From NCBI GenBank assembly GCA_964016885.1, contig OZ024743.1, positions 230,268,001 through 230,332,000 on the forward strand: 64,000 bases of DNA. The letters are read 5' to 3'. Below the pieces are notes generated by a model. The model was not told the DNA's origin. It did no database searches and saw only the letters and a list, made by a program, of their open reading frames with translations. The position numbers were made by a program, and so were the translations under genes. This stretch comes from Eledone cirrhosa. Lineage: Eukaryota. This document shows, piece after piece, positions 50,300-64,000 of this stretch; positions within the stretch are counted from its first letter, which is position 1; each line of letters begins with the position of its first letter.

Positions 50300-51848
50300 A
50301 TGTTGTTGTTTCTGCTTATATTATTAATTATATCATTATATCTGAGAGAGGCACACGATCTCAAAGGTTGGTTGAAGGCGCGTTCAATATAAATCTTCCA
50401 AAATTTTACTGGTACAAGATTTCCCGCTCCAAGATACATGTACGACAATGCTTATATTGGTGATATATAAGAACAGAAATAAAAAAAATAATAATAATTA
50501 AATACTGCTTGCTATTTTACACTAATGTCTGTGCTATTCACTGACATATTGTTAAGGTCTTATGAAGGGTTGAGTATAGTCGATTATATTGAAATCAGTA
50601 ATCAACTGATACTTCTGGATCAAGAAGAATAGAAAGCAGTCGACTTAGAAAGTATTTGATCTCAGGATACGCTTAGATATACGAATATATACGACATTCT
50701 AACCAGTAAAGAATCGCTGGACAGATTGTACCGGCAAAACCAACCGGCAGGAGACGCAGTGTTTAGACTACGAGCAAATGTTTGGATAACATCCATGAAC
50801 TTGTCTGGTCTCGCTTGGGTTGCTTCTAACGGGACCCACTGGAAGGAGAATGTGAGGACTCTACACCCTCGACCCTCTCATGAATAAGAGGGCGAAGATA
50901 CAAAATATATACCAGTGAAATTGTATTCGCTTCGTTACTCAATTAATCAATCCATTATATTTTCTTCATTAATTTAAAAGAGCCATCACGAAACTTTGCC
51001 GCGTAGGAATAGTGATTAATACATTCTATAATATACTAAATCATTGAATTCTTATGAAAATATAGGTGGCCTTTGTCGGTAAATGCTTATATAATGAGCT
51101 CAAAGAGTGGAAGAAATTGGCATGACATTTAGTCTACAGTTTGAACTTATTAGATTAAATTCATATGTTGATATCGGTGTATCTGTGTTCATGTACTTCG
51201 TTTTGTATATCAGTGAATTATTAGTAATATTTGCAGTTTAAAATAACTGATCATTGAATCCGGGCACGATTCCATTATGTAGACTGGGCAATATTTTTGC
51301 AGCCTTGGCAAGAGCAAAACTTTGTGAATATAATTTATCTTTACTTCAAATGGAAACATAGCCATTAGACAAATAGAAATAGATATGAAAACCAAGATTG
51401 AAATAAATACCGCAGTCGATATATTGAAAGCAGTGCCCCAGTATAGCCGTAGTGCTATAGTTTTTTTTATTATTTTCAGTAATTACTGAAACTAACAAAA
51501 AATTAAAAGGAAATAAAACAATGGTAGTATAGCCTCTCTCTTGATAAACATCAATGAGATATTTGAAGACGACACGCTATTCACGCTAATTTCAACAGCC
51601 TTTCAGTCATTGCTGTTGTTTGATCTGTAACAGATGCCTTCCGCCATTCCTACTGATGTACACAATTTTCTCAATCCCTATCGAATTGTCATTTCGCCTG
51701 AGAGAATTAGGATATATTCCATTTAATTTTGAACTAAACAGGCATTTTTTTAAATATATACGTTTGTAAGTGAGAGTATATATGTGTGTGAGTCTGTATA
51801 TGTGTGTGTATGCGTACATATAAATACCTTCGCCAATATATATATATA

Positions 51849-52439
51849 TATAAGATATATTTTCTTTAGGTCGTTTTGGAAGCCTCAACAATGCAGATGG
51901 GTAATTCTCCGGGTAACAAGATCCGGTGGTGAAGAGAGAGATGTAAGTGAATGTAGAATGAGATGTATAGTGTGTAGAAGAACGTAGGAAAGAGCGTAAA
52001 AAATAATAATAATAACACGAGATAGATTTACCTTGGGTGAGATTTAATTGTCCCTATATCTTTCGGATTCACATCCATCACCTGGGTTTTTTTTATCTGT
52101 CGGATAGGTGCGAAACGTATCCTCCACTGTCCGTTGTTTAAACAATGAACAGCGGAGGACAGGTATCGCACCTATCCGACAGAACCCCCCCCCCCTCCGG
52201 ACCCCCCACCCCAGGTGATGGATGTGAATCCGAAATATATAGGGACAATTAAATCTCTCCCAAGGTAACTCTATCTCGTGTTATTATTTTTATTTTTTAC
52301 GCTCTTTCCTACGTTCTTCTACACACTATACATTCACTCACATCTCTCTCTTCACCACCGGATCTTTCTTGTTACTCCGAGAACTACACATCTGCATTGT
52401 TGAGGCTTCCAAAACGCCCTAAAATAATATATATCTTAT
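51849..52439. mobile_element. Family K ~590-bp fold-back element with degenerate hammerhead-like motif (52209-52244)
   Basis: Palindrome centred on ttgtttaaacaa (~52139); ccc-CAGGTGA-tggatgtgaatcc-GAAA-tata-TA|ggg. Confidence 0.8.
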
Positions 52440-52475
52440 TATTCCACAATGCTTCAAGCAAACTTCAATACTCTC

Positions 52476-52507
<32 letters not shown>

Positions 52508-52519
52508 GGGGGAGAGAGA

Positions 52520-52564
<45 letters not shown>

Positions 52565-54313
52565 TAGGGATAAATATGTGTAAATATATATGCGTTTGTG
52601 TGTTGTATAATAACATACTTTCCCATTATGTAATCGTGTGAATAGGTATATAGAATTCAAGTACACCTTGGATATATGCAGGATTACGTCTGTTTATATG
52701 TGAGGTTTCTAATCATTTTGCATTTTAACCTGAAATACGGAGAAAAATATTTATCGTAAGGCGCGACGTGTTAATCGCAGTAAGTATACCATGTGGAAGA
52801 GCATTGCGGGTATTTAGAGAAGCTTTGAGTTAATGGTAGCCATATCGCATATTCAGAAAAGCAACCTGCACATACATTTCACTATAGTCAAGTATAGGAA
52901 CGTTTAATTAGGACTGTCTATGACCATAATATTACAAACAGAAGCAAGCAAGCATGATTAACTATCTGAATATAAAATTAGACCTAAAGACCGGAAAATG
53001 TAATGCATAGAGAAGACCGAATAAAAAGGGACCAGTATCCCAGTATCCCTACCATTAAAGTAAATTTATCAGTTAGCAATACATTTAGAAGACTAGAAAA
53101 ATACATTTAGAAGACTAGATATTTTATATAAACCTTTTGGAACAGGTGGTCTGAAACAATGAGTACATATATTACTAAAGTAGAATCAGTGATACAACAA
53201 ATAAAACACACCCATCAATAAAACTTTAAACATTAATATGTCTATATATTTCTTTATCCGATTTCGAAAACACATAACCAGAAATTGTCAGTACTACAGG
53301 TTGATTCACAAAACTCACATTTGGTGGAGTTTTATGAAAACGTTAGCCAGCACAGTATTTTGTAAAGCTCTATGTTCTAGCCTTGATACGTTCCCAGAAA
53401 CTAACTATTACAATTTAAAGTATTGTTCTTATTTATAGATCCCCATTTACGAATAAGAAAATAGGAATGCCACGTATTATTCCGGGTATGTATGTTATTT
53501 GAAAGAATAATGTGTTGAAAATTTGGAGAAAAGAAAATAGCCATCTCTAAAGTTTTCATTACCAAAATACTGTGACCTGTTAAAGCTACATTTTATGTCA
53601 TTTTACGAAGGAATATAGCTTAATTTAGAGCTAAGGAAACTTGTAATTTATGGATGCATTTTCCCCATGTTAATATATTCTTAATAAAAAAAACAACAAC
53701 TTTGGTTCTGTTATCATGTAATAGGATATCACTCGGCAAACAGCAATTGTTTGACCAGAAGGAATATTTTCAATGGATTTAGCTTTTGGAACCTTCCTGC
53801 TCATGCATTTTAACGTATTTTTCTGAGTTAATTCATTTGAAGGTTTCTACTATTGAAATTTTCTCATGTTGAGAAGCCACCATAGATACTGTTACAGCAT
53901 TGTTAACATGTTTTATATATCATGAATGGAGGATTTTGATGTCGCTGATATTATCTGTGTTTCTATTAGAGAAGTACATTTATACATCTTCGATCTTCAC
54001 CACAGGGGTTAGATTCTTAAAGTGTTCAACCTTTCCCCATGGTTTAGCTGACAAATAGAAGCAATTTTCTTTGTGTAAGGCCGTTGGCTCGATTTTAATT
54101 TAGTAGTGAGATATGAAATATGTATTTATACTTATGCACATATGTACATAGAATGACACACCCAAACACACACACACATGTATATATGCATATATATTTA
54201 TATATATATATATACACACATACGCACACACACATACACAAGCACACACACACACATAAACACATATATACATACACATTTGCAAATATATATATATACC
54301 TATATACATGTTC

Positions 54314-54366
<53 letters not shown>

Positions 54367-54382
54367 ACTATATACATGTTCT

Positions 54383-54442
<60 letters not shown>

Positions 54443-54470
54443 TAGATAGATAGATATTTCATATATATAC

Positions 54471-54502
<32 letters not shown>

Positions 54503-54599
54503 GTATGTATGTATTACGCGGGAACTAATGAGTTGGCTGTACAATCCTATCGGTGTGATTAACTACGACTGGCATATTAGTCCAGGGATATAAAAGTTC

Positions 54600-54790
54600 A
54601 ATATAGATAATACTATCTACAGTCCTCCCCCATTTCAACATGCCATCAATAAACCACAGCAGCTTTAAAACGCTAACAAAGGATAGAATCTTATCTGGAA
54701 TCCAATCTGCACAGAACATTGAACCTTTTCCATTGATCTTTGTGGCCATTAAGTTTTTACGAAATTCTTTACAATATCCGCTTAATTAGT
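54600..54790 (-). pseudogene. Possible hAT (Buster/Charlie-like) transposase remnant
   Basis: ADIV..KINGK..DKILSFVSVLKLLW resembles LADIF..LQGK..DKI.AF..KL.LW. A second weak piece (KSIENIP..) lies at ~53720-53800. Confidence 0.3.
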
Positions 54791-55224
54791 CTTGAATTTA
54801 ATATTCTCCACAAAATATCTTCTACTAATAATGTTCATCGAGAAAATATTTGATGTAATAATATATTTATTACAATTCGTATCAAAGTCAGGGTAAAATG
54901 CAATGCGTTATATTATCTACTTAGTTCTACGTTCATTGGATATATTTTCTCTTCGCTAAAGCAGACAGAGACTGTTGGGTGAACGTCCATTTACGTCCAG
55001 TGTTCAAACCCCATAGAAGTCACCTTAGATTTCATTTTTGTTTTTTTAACTTCCTTTCCTAATATTTTGACACTACTCATACGCCTATCTATTTCTGCTC
55101 TCCGTAATCGAACATTTTTAAGAAGGCATTCAGTCCAAAACGTGGAAATCTCCACCATTTCCTCCAAACTTGAACCTCATATAACTGTGTAATTTTGCCT
55201 CCTGTATTTTGTTTTGTTTCATTG

Positions 55225-55314
<90 letters not shown>

Positions 55315-55316
55315 TA

Positions 55317-55530
55317 TTAGAAAGTGAGGTTTTTTTTACAAAATGAAATATAACCGAGGTGTCCTACACGAGTGAAAGTGTAAAGAAAAAAAGATGAAAT
55401 CGAAAATGCAACTGGAGTCTTATTTTAAAAAAAAATATATATATTTATTTGGTTCCTTTACCGGTTTCGCAGTTCTTCTGCTTTTCAAAAGTAGAGTTGA
55501 GATGGAGGGTCTGTGGTTTTTCTCATCTAT
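55317..55530 (-). repeat. Family I mini-element with degenerate hammerhead (55455-55493)
   Basis: Minus strand: ctt-TTGAAAA-gcag aagaa ctgc-GAAAC-cg-GTA|aag. Confidence 0.7.
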
Positions 55531-55548
55531 ATATATATATATATATAC

Positions 55549-55658
<110 letters not shown>

Positions 55659-56847
55659 GTGTGTGTGTGTCTATTCAAAGTGGTTAAGGAACTGAGATCA
55701 TGAGGGAGAGGTAATGGGTTTGATTCCTGGGAGGGTGATGCTTTGTGTGTGTTCGTGTGCGAGGTGGCTGGTAACAAATGGGGCGAAATAATATTCAATA
55801 CTGTATTAGAATATAGCAATATTACTTCGAATCTAGTTACATGGACTTGTTTGTTACTTTCACTTGAGCGACTAACTCTCTTTTATATAGAGATACTTCA
55901 AAAGGTAGGGTGTGATAGCTAGCCGAGAAGAGTGACGTGACTGGATTTCTGCATCTTCCCCTCAAACACAAAGAAGAAGTATGACGAAATCCTAATATCT
56001 ATACTTCACAGGACACCTAAAATTTTCCATTCTTCTTAAATTTATGTCCTGTTTCAAGCCTAGATGCTCATAATACTGCTGCCTGTCACGGTTTTCTTGG
56101 CGTTGAGTACCAGAGAAAAAAAAGAGCTCATCCTGGACATGACACCAATCCGTAGCAGATATATGCCAACAGCTACTGTTGGTACTCATTTTCAGCTAGT
56201 GCCACGGGAAATGAAGTATTTTCTTCAAGAACACAACACACGTCCAGTTTCACAAATCGAATTCACAGAACTGTGATGGTAAATCCTGCAACTTAACCTC
56301 TTCTCCATGCCATGTGTGATTCGAATATTGAATTGATTGTGAGCCTATTTCTTTAAGTAGTGTATATCATTCTCTTAATACGATCTAGTAGATTCATTAT
56401 CACATGCATTCAAATATCATATTGTGAACACAAGGGAATTTGATAGTACTGCTAATCCCCATGCAAACACACACACACACACACTTACACACGCTTAAAC
56501 GCGCGCACACACATTCATACACACACAATGTAATGCGATTTAACTTTTCTTTACGAGTCGAATAAAAAATGTAAGCAGATCAATAAGAGAATAGAAGAGC
56601 AATTAAATGGCTAAATTCATAGATGAGCGGTAATGGAACAATGACAGATGTGGGTATAGTGTTAGTGATGGTGCTTTTGAAAATATTCCTTTTACCATAC
56701 TTTTCTCTTATTCTGTCAAAGTATTAAACTGCTGCCTTTCTGGAGCACCACCATCATATAATCGGTCACATTAATTATGTTTCCGAGTCTGCTTCTATTG
56801 TCAAACCGTTAGGACATGGGACATATTATAGACGCAAACGCAAGAAC

Positions 56848-57030
<183 letters not shown>

Positions 57031-57038
57031 TGTATATA

Positions 57039-57471
57039 TATTGGTAAACGGAATAGAAAATGCTGACAAATTGTTCACAGTTGAAAAATAGTTTAATTAG
57101 GAATAAAAGAGTATTAGTAATTGTATGGGTTAGTATTCAGTTGTGGTTTTAAGTTTTTAAGTTTTTACCGGTTGCGCATTTCTAAATGCTTTTCAAAAAT
57201 AATTTTGAGATAGAGTGTCCGTGTTGTTTGCTCAGATCAGAGCAAACAGCACGGACACTCTATCTCAAAATTATTTTTGAAAAGCATTTAGAAATGCGCA
57301 ACCGGTAAAAACTTAAAAACTTAAAACCACAACTGAATACTAACCCATACAATTACTAATACTCTTTTATTCCTAATTAAACTATTTTTCAACTGTGAAC
57401 AATTTGTCAGCATTTTCTATTCCATTTACCAATATATAATAACTTGTGTACTACACCTCTATTCTTTTAAC

Positions 57472-57472
<1 letters not shown>
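57039..57472. mobile_element. Near-perfect ~195-bp-arm fold-back made of the Neptune-like PLE terminal repeat
   Basis: Centre ctcagatcagag (~57236); arm sequence matches 18038-18162; right arm extends ~35 bp further. Confidence 0.9.
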
Positions 57473-57502
<30 letters not shown>

Positions 57503-57510
57503 TATAATAT

Positions 57511-57701
57511 ATAATTGTTTCTACTTTAGGCACAAGGCCAGCAATTACCCAGTACATTACTGGTACTTTATTTTATCGTCCCCGTAAGGATTAAAGGCAA
57601 AGTTAACATCGACGGGATTTGAACTCAGACTGTAAAGGGACGTAACTATGCTAGAAAGCATGGCGTCCAACCCTCTCCCGATACTGCCAATTCACCGCCC
57701 T
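57511..57701 (-). mobile_element. SINE S1, full length
   Basis: Full motif series ending ccgccct. Confidence 0.9.
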
Positions 57702-58725
57702 TATATATATATAATCATCCTTATATAGTCCTCTTCGGATTTTAACTTCACATTTATTATTACTACATATATATAAATATATATACGGTAGGTTGGTGCA
57801 GTTTACGTCAACCAAATTTCATTCTCAATGCATTAGCCTGCGCAAGACTATTGTCGCAGAAATTTACCGGAGGTGATTCTTAGCGAAACTAACTCACAGC
57901 CAAGGGACAGCGCAACGTAATCTTTAACAGCACAGTCAGCGGCTTCGTGAACAATGATGTTCTTTAAATATCTATCTACATCTTTGATTTTTGTTCTTAA
58001 ATTAAATATAAATTTTATTACGTTTTATAATAAACAACATTTTTGAATTGCCTGTTCTCGGCATAGATTATTTCAGAACATAATTTCAAATATATTAATC
58101 TGTATGAGGCAGATATAAACGATGAGCACACACACGTGTCATACACAAACAAACATATATATAAATATATATATATATAAATATATATATATATAAATAT
58201 ATATATATATGTGTGTGTGTGCGTGTGTGTGTGTGTGTGTGTTTACATTACAGAAGGTAAGTGTACTTATGAGAAATGTATTCAAAGAACAAATATATTT
58301 AATGATTACTTTGGTGTTTCCTAATTAAATTGGTACGCAAATATCCGATTTTGACAATTTTGAATCAATGCCGATATTTATTTCCGAAATCGGATTTTGT
58401 TTTTAAACAGAAACACGGATGTTTAAATTACCACAGCCTGGCGAACAGGCTGTAAACATTTTAGAAAACATCTAAGTGCTCAGTTGATGTATTAAGTCAT
58501 AGCTTATACAACTTATTGTATGTTCATGTGAGGGCATGAGACGTAGTAATTATGATGTTCGGCTGACGATCGGTAACTCATGGTTGAAACCTCAGTGTTA
58601 CCTTCTTTTCGCCAGGGAGCATTTTATTTCATTCTGCTCCAATGAAGCTGGAAAAACGTTTTGCCTGTCGTGATGAATCTCCCTGAGAATTACACTAATT
58701 TCACGAGCAAGCTTTTCTGTTAATC

Positions 58726-59083
58726 AACAGGTTCTCAAACTTTTGGGGCTACCATCCCCCTTCATGGCCACGTAATAACCTCTGCACCCCACCCCTATTT
58801 CCAGAGGGACTTAGCTACACGCAAATAGTAAATAATATATAATAAATAAAATCGTTATGTTATATATAATAAATAACATATAAACTATGTATAGATATAT
58901 ATTATATATATTTTTTATTTTACTATATTTATATATAATATGTATCATTTGATATTTAATATTTTAATATACTATTATATCATCTCTACCCGCACCACTT
59001 CCACTGCCCTTTAGTCCCCAGCACCCCTTGCACCTTCTCAATATCCTCCCCGGGGGCTGTAGCGCCAACTTTGAGAACCTCTG
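58726..59083. mobile_element. hAT-type MITE
   Basis: TIRs aacaggttctcaaactt / aactttgagaacctctg; imperfect 8-bp TSD tgttaatc / ttttaatt; AT-rich interior. Confidence 0.7.
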
Positions 59084-59819
59084 TTTTAATTGAACAACCA
59101 CAAAACTCGTCGTCGTAATCGACGGAAGTCCAACACTCAGATATACGAACGTATCACTCCTAGCATATGAGGAAACAACTGGCTTGGGCCTTCATCAAAA
59201 GCCACAGGTTTGATGGATTGACGTAATATTCATTACAAAAATCAATGTATTTACATAATATCCAATATTTAAGATATGAAGATATCGAGAGGTCACGTCA
59301 CTCATTTCTCATAGACGACTGTGAGATTCCGTATACTTCATGCGTCCGACCACAGCCGTTGATGCTCTTTTCCGATGATTTCCTCTAACAGGCGTTGATA
59401 TGACAGAGTTGTTAGAACATCGACTAGAATGCTTTGTTTGTATTTTTTCCGGCTGTCTGAGCTCGAAAACGGACGATAAATAAACTCTTGTACTCTTTCG
59501 ATATTTTTGTCTTTATTTCTTTTCTAATTTCTCTTCTAATTTCTTTCTCATTTCCTCTTGATAGAAATCGGTTGTTTTAAGATCTGGAGTGATATAGGCA
59601 TCATTGCGTTTAAGTATCACCAGTGTAGCCATTCAGCAACTCAACAGATCAGTCAAGACCAATGGCATGGATTTTATAATGGCATTACTATAAAACAAAG
59701 CGATGGTTAATATAAGGATGTATGTACTCGTTTTGTTCTTGTAAAATTTGGATAAATTTGAGTGCGTATACAGAAGATAGTACTACTAGGTACTGTATAT
59801 ATATTACATAGAGTACCAC

Positions 59820-60796
59820 AGGACTTACACCCATCTCTCCAATTCACAAAAGAGATGAGTAGGACCAAATTACCATTCCGAGATATAATGATAATCAAAA
59901 ACGACACCACCATTACCACGGATATATATTATAAACACACAGACACCCATCAATATCTGAAATTTAAGTCGTGCCATCCACCTCATACAAAACGCAACAT
60001 CCCATACTGCCTAGCCAGAAGAATTTGTACCATTGTAGAAGATACGAATACCAGGTACAAACGCCTAACAGAACTAAGAGAATTTTTGCTCAAACAAAAA
60101 TACCCATCTCTACTTATAGAAAATGGCATACAGCGGGCTATAAAAATACCTATACAACAACTTAGGACAACCCAAGGAAGAAGAAACCAAGAACTGGTCA
60201 TACCATTTATAATGACACACAACCCATGTCACCAGAATATCTTCAACACTGCCAAAGCAAACATACCGATCATTGCTCAAAGTAATGAATTAAAAAGCTT
60301 AATCACAGATCGATCTTTGACTCTTAGTAAAAGACAGCTGAAAAATTTGAAGCAATTACTAACAAAAGCAAAGTTTGACCTTAACAACAAAGACCAATCA
60401 TTCACTGTATCTAAATGCAATGATAGTCGATGCGGCACATGTCAATCCATACACGCCGGCCAATATATGAAAACAAAAACTGGAAAAATATTCCCAAATG
60501 CAAATATGAACTGCAAAAGCAGAAATCTAATTTACTGCATTAAATGCCCGAATTGTGAAGAACTATATGTCGGTCAAACTGGAAATGCACTATCGGAACG
60601 TGCACGGGTACATGGTCAGCAAATCAGAGACCCAATTGTCCGTCAGATACCCCTAAGTAACCATCTAGCAACATGTGGTCAGGGAATATTTATAATATTC
60701 CCATTCTACAAATTACACAGCCCAAGTGAAATCAAGAGAAAAATCAAAGAAAATAATTTTATTGATAAATTCAAACCCAAGCTAAATGAACAATAA
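59820..60796 (+). pseudogene. 5'-truncated Neptune-like PLE: RT thumb, Cys linker and GIY-YIG endonuclease (open frame)
   Basis: Motifs LHPSLQFT.E..LPFRDI, TDIYYKHTDTHQYL..SCHP, CNDSRCGTC, NCKSRNLIYCIKCPNC..YVGQT..L.ER..H, FKPKLN. Confidence 0.92.
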
Positions 60797-61244
60797 TAAC
60801 GCTTAGGGGTATTACTTCTACTATGACTATGACTACGACCATGTCGACTACGACCACTAACAACAACAACAGCAACAACAACAACAATAATAATAATAAT
60901 AAAAGTGATGTTGATGGTGATGATTACTAGAAAATGCTATTTTCATCATTTCTAAAAATAGCAAACAATTGACGCTTTGGATAGGATTAATTATTGGTCG
61001 TTAGACATGCTCAACCAGATATATATATATATATATACTTCTCAAATAAAAAGTATACACATCCAGGGTCTTTCAATAATGAACTTTGTTCTTTCACACT
61101 CACTCAATATATATATCTGGGAGTGTGTGTATGTGTTTATATAGATGTTTTCTTACATGCTTTCAACTTGGACAAACATTATTTGACTCATTCTTTAAGG
61201 ACTTTAGACTGAAGAACTGACCACTAATATGGCAGCTTGTGTGC

Positions 61245-61752
<508 letters not shown>

Positions 61753-61774
61753 GTATATATATATATATATTTGT

Positions 61775-61825
<51 letters not shown>

Positions 61826-62481
61826 AGATGGCTAGCAACTTCCATACCATTGCTTTAACATCATATGGCGCAGCTCTTTCAATACGCATCTGTTTCTAAA
61901 TGTAAATGTAAGACAATCTGTTGAAAACATGATTATAGATTTTTCAGTTGAAGCATATATTATAAGAATAACAATCAAGTATAACCAGCCGGCTATGCGT
62001 TCGCTTTGCATTTTCATATATATTTTTATCTAGTAAAATCTTATATAAATCCCATTTTTACTTATATTTGCTTCTTTCTGTTGTTCTTTCCCTCACAGTT
62101 TTATATTGATTTTATTTTTACACATTTATATAACGTTCATTTACGGATGTTTATCACATGCAATCTTTACTTTTATCGTATGTAATTTCGTTCTCTTATC
62201 ACATGCTATATTTTGTTTTATATCATACTTACATATATATATTTAGGTATATATATGTACATATGTATGCGTTGATATATCTATATATAGTAGTATATAC
62301 ATGTTTATCTATAGATATTTATATAGATATACAGTATATGTGCATGTATGTATATATTAATATATATTTTATACATTAATATATGTATATAAATATATTT
62401 TCACTCACACACACTAAATTCATATATATATAAATATACTTACATACATGCATACACACACAGAGACATATATTTATATAT

Positions 62482-62544
<63 letters not shown>

Positions 62545-62772
62545 TCTGTTATCCTATGCAATCTGGGTGTAGTGTATAGTTATTACCATCAGTTATATCC
62601 TTTTTGGCTGGCACTTTCTGCTATACCTTCCCAGGCAATATCATTCTATTCGCGAAATGAATGTGTCTTATATCAAGGCGTTGCAGTTTTCCATTTTAAA
62701 CTTGGCATCCGTTATTTTATCTTTCTTTAACATTATCACGTTTATCACTGGCTATTTTACACGTGGTGATCC

Positions 62773-62825
<53 letters not shown>

Positions 62826-62947
62826 GGAGGTGAGTTTTATTGTAGTACAATAAAGCAATGCAGATATCGGATAAGAAGCACTCTACAGTTTGTAGGACTG
62901 GAGTATACATAATATAAGATCAAAAGATGGTTAAAGGAGTTCCATGT

Positions 62948-63017
62948 ATTTTATTATGCGCATTTCAGAAACAAACATCATCATGCAATAATATTTGTGT
63001 TTTCATCAGATAAAACA
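62948..63017 (-). ncRNA. Type I hammerhead ribozyme (family D)
   Basis: Reverse complement of the 63144 motif. Confidence 0.82.
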
Positions 63018-63143
63018 GGAGAACATGATATGAACGCTAAAAAACACTTGTGGATAGTGCAGTTTTAAATCAACATATGTTGATATGTTGATTTAAAACT
63101 GCACTATCCACAAGTGTTTTTTAGCCTTCATATCATGTTCTCC

Positions 63144-63213
63144 TGTTTTATCTGATGAAAACACAAATATTATTGCATGATGATGTTTGTTTCTGAAATG
63201 CGCATAATAAAAT
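63144..63213 (+). ncRNA. Type I hammerhead ribozyme (family D)
   Basis: ttttat-CTGATGA(63152)-long stem II-GAAA(63195)-tgcgcaTA|ataaaa. Confidence 0.85.
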
Positions 63214-63732
63214 ACATGGAACTCCTTTAACCATCTTTTGATCTTATATATATATATGCTTGTGTGTATGTGTATGTATATATATATATATATATATAAC
63301 TGTATGGATATATTGTAGGAATTCATCGGACATGTCGGTATTTCCATCTTTATACTATCTATATCTACTAACTTCGCTTTATATATATATATATATATAT
63401 ATATACCCCCGCATCGTGTGTCTGGTGATGGAAAATGATGAAAAAGTAGGGGCGGAAACTTTTCGCGCATATCTAGCAATGAGTGTTAGTGGGCATATGT
63501 GTTATTGTAGATTTTTGTAGCTGTTTTAGAACAATGAATTTCATCTGCTTCAGGATAATTTGAATGTAGACATGTTGTCTTGAGTATATAATAGATACAA
63601 TGACGAAGATAAAATTAAAGATTATCTTGAATAAAAGAAGCCTAAGTGAAACGGGAAGAAGATAATGAAATAGAAGGAGTAAATGAAGAAGAAATTGATG
63701 ATGACGATGATCAAGAAGATAATAATAATAAT

Positions 63733-63925
63733 AATGGTTTCTACTGTAGACACAAGGCCAGCAATTTTGGAGGATCGAAAAGTCGATTAAATCGCCCCCA
63801 GTGCGTTACTGGTACTTTATTTTATCGACCACGTAAGAATGAAAGGCAAAGCTAATTCAGCGTTACTAGAAATTAGAACACGCAAAGGGACGTAATTATA
63901 AGCTTTGAAGCATGGTGCGCCGTAC
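63733..63925 (-). mobile_element. SINE S1 (longer-tail variant)
   Basis: cacaaggccagcaattttgg..ggtactttattttatcgacc..gaaaggcaaag. Confidence 0.8.
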
Positions 63926-64000
63926 TTGGCCACAAGGCCATATGACACTGGGGACAGTGCAAGCACAAAGATTGGTGAAAATCGAATATACATATGTGGT

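Larger units (their letters stand above)
62822..63250. mobile_element. Family D asymmetric fold-back element
   Basis: Centre caacatatgttgatatgttg (~63071-63090); long arm from 62822; short arm ends gatcttatata. Confidence 0.9.

Noticed and set aside
49904-50463. Poly-L / poly-S / poly-A-T ORFs
   Set aside because: A trinucleotide microsatellite open in several frames; no splice or domain evidence.

Overview
AT-rich, microsatellite-saturated eukaryotic non-coding DNA, either a long intron or intergenic. The SINE and repeat make-up suggests an octopod cephalopod (inference only). No host protein-coding gene is supportable, and most ORF-track entries are (TA)n/(CA)n/(GA)n artefacts. Real coding remnants are all transposon-derived: four Penelope-like element (PLE) pieces (a near-complete YRDD/GIY-YIG element at 33978-36020, a Neptune-like RT half at 18111-19504, a Neptune-like thumb/GIY-YIG half at 59820-60796, a GIY-YIG remnant at ~7975-8300), a decayed RTE-clade LINE with three C2H2 fingers (20503-23197) plus smaller RTE fragments, a probable non-autonomous Helitron, a hAT MITE, and about a dozen copies of a tRNA-derived SINE. 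The most striking signal is a set of unrelated short non-coding elements inserted into (TA)n tracts. Many carry type I hammerhead ribozymes (eleven intact-looking cores in five families, plus variant and half cores), and they are arranged as tandem repeats or asymmetric fold-back palindromes. In several families the inversion point lies inside a ribozyme stem and the short arm stops at an internal TA. This suggests a ribozyme-hairpin-guided snap-back integration route for PLE-mobilised mini-elements (retrozyme-like). Coordinates were read by eye, so element ends are approximate.
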